The notes under the pieces are model-generated. The model was not told the origin of the DNA and did no database searches. It saw only the letters and a list, made by a program, of their open reading frames with translations. From the human T2T-CHM13v2.0 reference genome, Homo sapiens: a stretch of 64,000 nucleotides of DNA. This document shows positions 53,416-64,000 of the stretch, in pieces. Position 1 is the first letter of the stretch, and every line of letters starts with the position of its first letter. The position numbers and the translations under genes were made by a program. Location of the stretch: contig CP086569.2 in assembly GCA_009914755.4 (NCBI GenBank), positions 10,400,001-10,464,000 on the forward strand, given 5' to 3'.

Positions 53416-55380
53416 TCGTATATATCCGTTTTTAACACCATTTAAAAAAAATACCGTCCTTTCCCCATTGAACAGTGTTGACGCCCTTGTTAAAAATCAT
53501 GACCATGTTTTTTGGTTCTTTATTTCTATTGCATTGGTCTTTGTGTCTGTCTCTATGCTGCTACAGCATTGTTTTGCATACTGAAGTTTGAAACCAGAAG
53601 ATGTTACTCTTCTAACTTTGTCAGTTTTTAAGATTGATTTGGCTGCTTGGGGTTTTTTGAGATTTCAACTGAATTTTAGAATAGGTTTTTCTATTTTTGC
53701 AAATATTGGAATTTTTATAGTGATTTTACTGAATCTGTAGATGACTATAGATAACAATGGCCCCTTGACAAGGTTTTGTCTTCCAGTCCATAAACACTTG
53801 ATGTCTTTTCATTTATTTGTGTCATCTTTAATACTTTCATGCCATGTTTATAGTTTTTGCTGTACAGGTTTTTCATTTCCTTGGTTAACTGGGTTTCTAC
53901 GTATTTTATTCTTTTGATGTTATCATACATGATACTGTTGCCTTGATTTCTTCTTCAGATAGTTTATTGTTATTGTAGAAATACAACTGATTTTTGTGTA
54001 TTGTTTTCTATCCTCCAGCTTTGCTGAATTTTATTTATTGCGTCTGAGAGTTTATCTCACGGAAACTAAAAGATTTTTAATATATAAGGTTATGTCATCT
54101 TCAAACAGATATTAAATAGAAGTAGTAAAAGCAGGCATCCTTGTTTTTGCTCTTAGGGTAAAAGCTTTCAGTCTTTCACCATGTTAGCTGTGTTTCTTTG
54201 TTTTGTTTTGTTTTTTGTACAGCATTATGTAAAGTGTTTTCTTTCTTTTTATAGCTTATTAAGTATATTTTATCATGAATGTGCATTAAATTTTGACAAA
54301 TGCTTCTTTTTCTTTGCTTAAGATGATCACATGCGGGTTTTTTCCTTATGTTAATGCGATATTACACTGATTTTCATGTATTGGAACATACTTTCATTTC
54401 AGGAGTCAATTATACTCATTCATAGTGTATAATCCGTTTAATGTACTGCTAAGTTTGAGTTGCTGGTATTTTGTTGAGGATTTTTGCATCAGCATTTATA
54501 AGGGATGTTTGTTTGTAGTTTTCTTATGGTGCCTTTTTCTGTCTTGGTGCCAGGGTAATACTGGACTCACAGAATAAGTTAGAAAAAATTACCTCCTCTT
54601 CAACGTTTGAAAAAGTTTGAGAAAAAGTGGTGTTAATTCTGTTTTAAACATTGGGTAGAATTTAACAGTGAAGCCATCTTGTCCAAGCTTTTCTTTGTTG
54701 CTGAGTTTTTGATTACTGATGTAATCTTCCTGCTGAATCTCCTTGCTGAATAGGTTTATTCAACTTTTCTGATTCAGTCTTAGTAGGTTTTTTTTTCCTA
54801 GGAATTTGTTCATTTTATTTAGGCTATTCAATTTTTTAGTGTATAGTTCCTTATGTTACTCTCCTACACCCCTTTTTTACTCCAAAAATTTGTTAGTAAT
54901 ATACCCATTTTATTTTTGAGTTTAGTAATTTGAATATTCCCTTTCTTTCTTAGTCAATCTAGATAAAATTTTGTCACTTTTGATATTTTTCAGAGAACAA
55001 ACTAGGTTGTGTTGATTTTTGATATGGTTTTTCTATTCTCTATTTCACTTATTTCCACTGCAAATTTTATCTTTTTTTTAATTTTTGCTAGTTTTAGTTG
55101 TCCCTCTTTAATAGTCCCTCTTTTTCTCTCTGTTTTTAGTTCCTTAGGAGTAAAGTTGTTGATTTGGTATCTTATTTTTTATAATCATTTATAGCTATAA
55201 ATTTTTCCCTTATGGTACCGTTTTTGATGTATCTCCTAACTTTTGGTATTTCATGTTTTTAATTTGTCCCCATATATTTGCTCTTGTGATTTCTTCTTTT
55301 TCCATCCTTGAGAGTTTCATACCTATATTTTTAGATATAAAATGTGTAACCTACAAAATTTTCTTGATTTGTTTGTTTTA
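53416..55380 (-). mobile_element. Old L1 (L1M/L1PB-like) ORF2 fragment, minus strand. It is the probable host of the young L1 insertion.
   Basis: Minus ORF 53745..53930 MYDNIKRIKYVETQLTKEMKNLYSKNYKHGMKVLKMTQINEKTSSVYGLEDKTL (L1 ORF2 RT end). Further degenerate ORF2-like translation extends to about 55380. Confidence 0.55.
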
Positions 55381-56589
55381 TTTGTTGTAAGTTTTTATTT
55401 CAGAATTAAATATGTGTATCAACATTTGTTATGTTCTCATAAACTTTGAAATACATGGAGATTCCTGGTCCACATATGTAAGTCTCTATATGAATATTAT
55501 TTTGAAGCATTTAACCTTCTATTTTAATATTTCAAAGGTCTAGATGAAATTGAGACTTTGGTTTCTGAGATGAAATAATGCTAGGTGACTGAGAAATGCT
55601 TAAAAATTTGCCAAAACTTAAAATTAAGTTAAAGTTTACCTTCAAGATTCAACCTGAATAAGTCGCCCTGTATTGCTGGTAATAAAGAATAAGTCTTTAA
55701 TGATATAAAAGGAAACTTCAGATAATTTTTCCCCAGTTGACATATAAATTAAAAGATATAAAAAATTTTTATGGCCTTATGCATTTTTTACTTTAGAATT
55801 CCAAATTTTTCTCGTTAAAATTTTTCCCAACAGATTCCTGTGTATTTGAAAGACAAATAATTTTTTAGTTGAAATGCTTAAGCAGTTAAATAAGGCCATG
55901 AAAATTTCTTGAACTTGTGGGAATCCATGAGAAAACCTGACATTATGTTCTATTCTCTTGGAAGGTAGAATTATCGTTTGACTTCTGTTTTGCTGACAAG
56001 AAATGTCCTGAGCAAGGCTACCTGGGAAAATGACCTCACACATGGAAAACGTTGGAGCCCATCTGTTTCCAATGTGCTGTTTTCCGAAAATTAGGGAAGT
56101 TCAGTTTTCCCTTTGACACTCTCTCTTACTACCAATCCCAATGCCAGGGCTGTCCTGCTTCTACAAGTGACAATGACAAATATGGGCCTGAAGAAAGATG
56201 AGCTGATGGCATTCCCAGCTTATTACCTCTCCTTGGGGTCCTTATCTCACATACATGAATTCAACTCATAAACTCAGCTGGGTGAGGATCTGTTATTCAG
56301 CTACATAAGAAGTGATTGCTTAAGACTCGGGTGTGTGGTGAAATGAGGCAGAATTTTCTCAATGGAATGTTGGGAGAATTTTCTCATTATTACCATCTTA
56401 CTATCACTAAATCATAGCTAAAATGAAGACATTGTTCAAGAAGAAATAGAAATGTAACCTTATGAGGACATAAATTTAGAGATTTGTGGAGAGCTCTTCA
56501 TAATTTTATGGTGTTGTCTTTGAGCTGGGATTATAGTTGACATTTCATTATAATATATTAGCTGTTCTAGACTTTATGCATTTATGCAG

Positions 56590-61100
<4,511 letters not shown>

Positions 61101-62214
61101 AACTAAAGTATGATTTCTTAATACTTGAGATGTTTTAAATACATAACAATAATGATATTTATCACAAATATATTTTGTCTCAATGTGATATACTAAATGC
61201 TAAAAAGTCAATTCTTTTTGGTTACCACAAAACAATCTGGAAATGTAACGTCTGACATTTATAAAATTTTTGTAGAGTTAATAGAACTTTACTTGAAGGG
61301 AGGCTGTCAATATGCATCATGACTTCAAGCACTGCCAGTGAAGTTGTGGAGTTTGAAATGGTACTCACATTTGTTACTGGGATTATAAATTAGTACAAAC
61401 TATATCAATTGTGATTAAACAATATATACCAAAATTATAAATGGAAATAGTCTCTGATTCAGCAATTTCATTTCCAGAAATTTGCCATACAGACATACTT
61501 ATGATGCCTGGAATTATGTATGAATGGGAGAAAGTATTATACCACCTTTTTAATTAACAAAAGTCTAGAAATCACCTTAATGTTTATGAATCACATTAAT
61601 GATTATCATCTTACTGTTTATGAAATTATGGTTATTCATATGATAGACTACTATGCAGCTATTTAAAAAAATAAATTTTAAAGGGATGCTCAAAAATGAT
61701 GTCCAAGATATGTTACAAAGGAAAAAAACCTGGGTGGAGAGCCACATGTCTGATATGCCTCTATTCCTATAAAATCAGAGTGTATATAAATGCATAGAGT
61801 ATCTCTATTAACTGGTAACTGTTACAAAATTCAAAGTTAATGCAGGCAAGGCCTTTCTTTTTTAATGCTAAAACTCCAAGGAACTGCACAACATTTGAGG
61901 ATTTCCAACACATGCCAATCTACCTTTGAACCTACAGATTTTAGGAAATGAAGCTCTTGAAAAATCAATCATTAATATTCCTAGCTACAGTTGTTTGGGA
62001 CATAATTAGAATGATCCATTCTTTGAAAGTCTGTAAAATTTGCTTATACAACCATCGGGCATAGTCCTTCCTTTGTGAAAGATTTTATTTTACTAGAGAT
62101 TTTATGTCCTTCAAGTTATAGTACTTCTTAGGTTTTCTATTTCTTCTTGATTCTTGAGTCAATTTTGGTACCACTTAGTACCCCACAGGGTTCTTGTGCT
62201 CAGAACACATCAGT

Positions 62215-62545
62215 CAAAGAAAGAGAGAAGAAAGGAAGGCAGGAAGGAGGGAGGAAGAAAGGAAGGAAGGGGACAAAGAAAGAGAGAAGGAAGGAAAGAA
62301 TGGGATAAGGAAGGATGGAGGGAAAGATGGGGAGAGAGAGAAAGAAAGAAGGGAGGAGGGAGAGAAAGAGGGAAAGAGAAAGAAGGAAAGAAAACAAGGA
62401 AGCAGGGAGGGAGAGAAAGAAGAAAGTAGAGGAAGGAAGGAAGAAAGTAAGGAAAGAGGGAGGGAAGGAAGGGAGAGAGAGAGGAAAGGAGGGAAAGAAA
62501 GAGAGAAAGGTGAAAGGTGGGGATGGGAAGACAAGAGGAGCCAGC
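62215..62545. repeat. Polypurine simple repeat, (GGAA)n/(GAAA)n/(GA)n-rich, about 330 bp.
   Basis: aaagaaagagagaagaaaggaaggcaggaaggagggaggaagaaaggaaggaaggggacaaagaaagagagaaggaaggaaagaatgggataaggaaggatggagggaaag... It is almost exclusively A/G on the plus strand. Confidence 0.9.
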
Positions 62546-62744
62546 CACAGGCTACATCCTGTTTGTTCACTCTTTTAGTTGACCCAGGCAGTTCTGCCTT
62601 TTAAATATTCCACCTTCTACCATGAGTTACACTGCTCAATATTCATTCCTCAGAGCATTCAAAAGTCTATGTGTGCCCTGCCATGATGGAGCATGGCTTC
62701 AGCTCCCAAACACAACTCTCAGCCAAAATATTCATGACTGGTCC

Positions 62745-63180
62745 CTCCCATATACTCACCAATACCCCATGTATGGTCTTCATGTGTCCCCCAGAGCTCA
62801 AGTGTTGGAAACTTAATCCTCTATGTGACAGTGTTGAGATGTGGGCCTAATAAGAGTGATTGGGTTATGAGATTCTGCCCCAATGCATGGATTAATGTTA
62901 GTATCTCAGGAAGAGGTTAGTTATCTGGGGGGTGGGTTAGTTATCTTGGGAGTGCGCTTGTATTAAAAGCAAGTTCAGCCCCTTTTGCTCTCTTTCTTTC
63001 TCAAAGTCTTGCTTTGCTGCCTTCAGCCATGAGATGACACAGCAAGAAGGCCTTCACCAGATGCAGACGCCCTCATCCTTGGACTTCCTCACCTCCAGAA
63101 CACTAAGAAATAAATTTCTTTTCTTTATAGATTCCCTAGTCTATGGTATTTTGTTATAGTAGTACAAAATGGGTTAAGAA
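62745..63180 (+). mobile_element. MaLR LTR (MLT1/MST-like) remnant, plus strand.
   Basis: ..ccttcagccatgagatgacacagcaagaaggccttcaccagatgcagacgccctcatccttggacttcctcacctccagaacactaagaaataaatttcttttctttatagattccctagtctatggtattttgttatagtagtacaaaatgggttaagaag matches the conserved 3' part of MLT1/MST LTRs. Confidence 0.5.
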
Positions 63181-63669
63181 GTCCCATTAAGTGGAGAGTG
63201 CTGATCCACAGGGTTGAGATCATTGACTTAGGGCTTGGAGTCTTATACAACATCCCTATGGGAGTTGGCCTCCATATTCCCTAACTTCCACGAATCTCAA
63301 ATGGTGATCTCAGACCAAAATATAGCCCAGATATTTTGCATTTGGCAATATTGCCCACTTTTCTACAACTTTATCATGGCAGCTTTGATGTGTTCACTTC
63401 TACAATCCCTGAAAGGATATGAGTTCAAGATCCTGCAAGGTTACAATCCAAGGATAGAAGAGCCTAGACAAGATTCCCATCAACTGGGTGATCAGTGCAG
63501 AGATACGTCACAAATCCTCAGTAGGCAAAGCCTAGACAAGAGTTACATCACCAGGGGGTTCAATGCAGAGATATGTTACAAAGCCCCCATAGGCAGAGCC
63601 TAGACAAGAGTTACATCACCTGGGTGACAGGCAAACAACAATGAAAACTTATTTTCATCCCCACTTCAG

Positions 63670-63840
63670 TCTTTGAGGTTAGACAGACCAGGATTCAAAT
63701 CCAAGCTCCATCTCTGGCTGTGCGAGCTTGCTCAAGCTGCTAACCTCTCTGAGATTTGACTCTTCATTTGTGAAATGAGGATAAAGACCCTTCTCTCAGG
63801 GGCTGTGCCAAGGATGAAATGAGTCATGCATTGGTCAGGA
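63670..63840 (+). mobile_element. MIR (ancient tRNA-derived SINE) fragment.
   Basis: ..agaccaggattcaaatccaagctccatctctggctgtgcgagcttgctcaagctgctaacctctctgagatttgactcttcatttgtgaaatgaggataaagacccttctctcagggg..gtgccaaggatgaaatgagtcatgca matches the MIR core (..ggattcaaatcc..gctgtgtgaccttgggcaagttacttaacctctctgagcctcagtttcctcatctgtaaaatgggg..). Confidence 0.5.
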
Positions 63841-63902
63841 CAGGTGATTCTGTGTAACAAACAAGCCCCCAAACCTCAGTGGCTTCAAGAGCAAAGTTAA
63901 CT

Positions 63903-64000
63903 TCTTTTCTTTTCTTTTTTTGCAGGGGTTGGGGTGCGGTGGATGGAGTCTTGCTCTTTCTCCCAGGCTGGAGTGCAGTGGTGCAATCTCAGCTCACTGT
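63903..64000 (-). mobile_element. Alu, minus strand, partial (it continues beyond the window end).
   Basis: ttttcttttctttttttgcaggggttggggtgcggtggatggagtcttgctctttctcccaggctggagtgcagtggtgcaatctcagctcactg. Confidence 0.85.

Overview
This window is primate, almost certainly human or great-ape, genomic DNA of pericentromeric or segmental-duplication character. It is not prokaryotic, and there are no operons, CRISPR arrays or defence systems.

Layout:
- 1–6932: a monomeric alpha-satellite array of about 40 diverged 171-bp monomers. I found no CENP-B boxes, and there is a local 4-monomer duplication near its right end.
- 6933–7063: the array is cut exactly by the start of an L1 5'UTR fragment.
- 7064–7370: about 300 bp I could not assign.
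- 7370–12495: a tandem array of a composite 1.3–1.6 kb macrosatellite-like unit, three units plus a partial one.
- 12.5–64 kb: transposon-dominated sequence. It holds nested L1s of several ages (one young twin-primed L1PA, one with an intact 5' end but no 3' end, one with an internal deletion), Alus, a full-length MaLR element, THE1 LTRs split by Alu insertions, a degenerate gamma-retrovirus-like ERV1 provirus interior (gag zinc knuckle, protease, RT, integrase), a MIR, a 330-bp polypurine tract and TA/CA microsatellites.

The macrosatellite unit is the most unusual element. Each unit contains a CA-rich module, a GA-rich module, unique sequence and a 121-bp 5S-rRNA-derived segment on the minus strand. 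The two full 5S-like segments are roughly 85–88% identical, by eye, to canonical 5S rRNA and keep the T-run terminator. The right-most unit also carries a solo-LTR insertion and keeps a dense run of CpGs, a candidate CpG island, whereas the other units are CpG-depleted.

The only gene-like signal is an isolated beta-tubulin exon-1 homologue of the TUBB8 type (MKEIVLTQAGQCGNQIGAK followed by a GT donor) with a CpG-rich upstream segment, at 49.4–49.6 kb. I found no downstream tubulin exons, so this is a paralogous gene fragment or pseudogene of the kind seen in pericentromeric and subtelomeric duplications.

I see no intact protein-coding gene. All long ORFs in the track are explained by repeats, GC-rich low-complexity sequence, or L1/ERV remnants.
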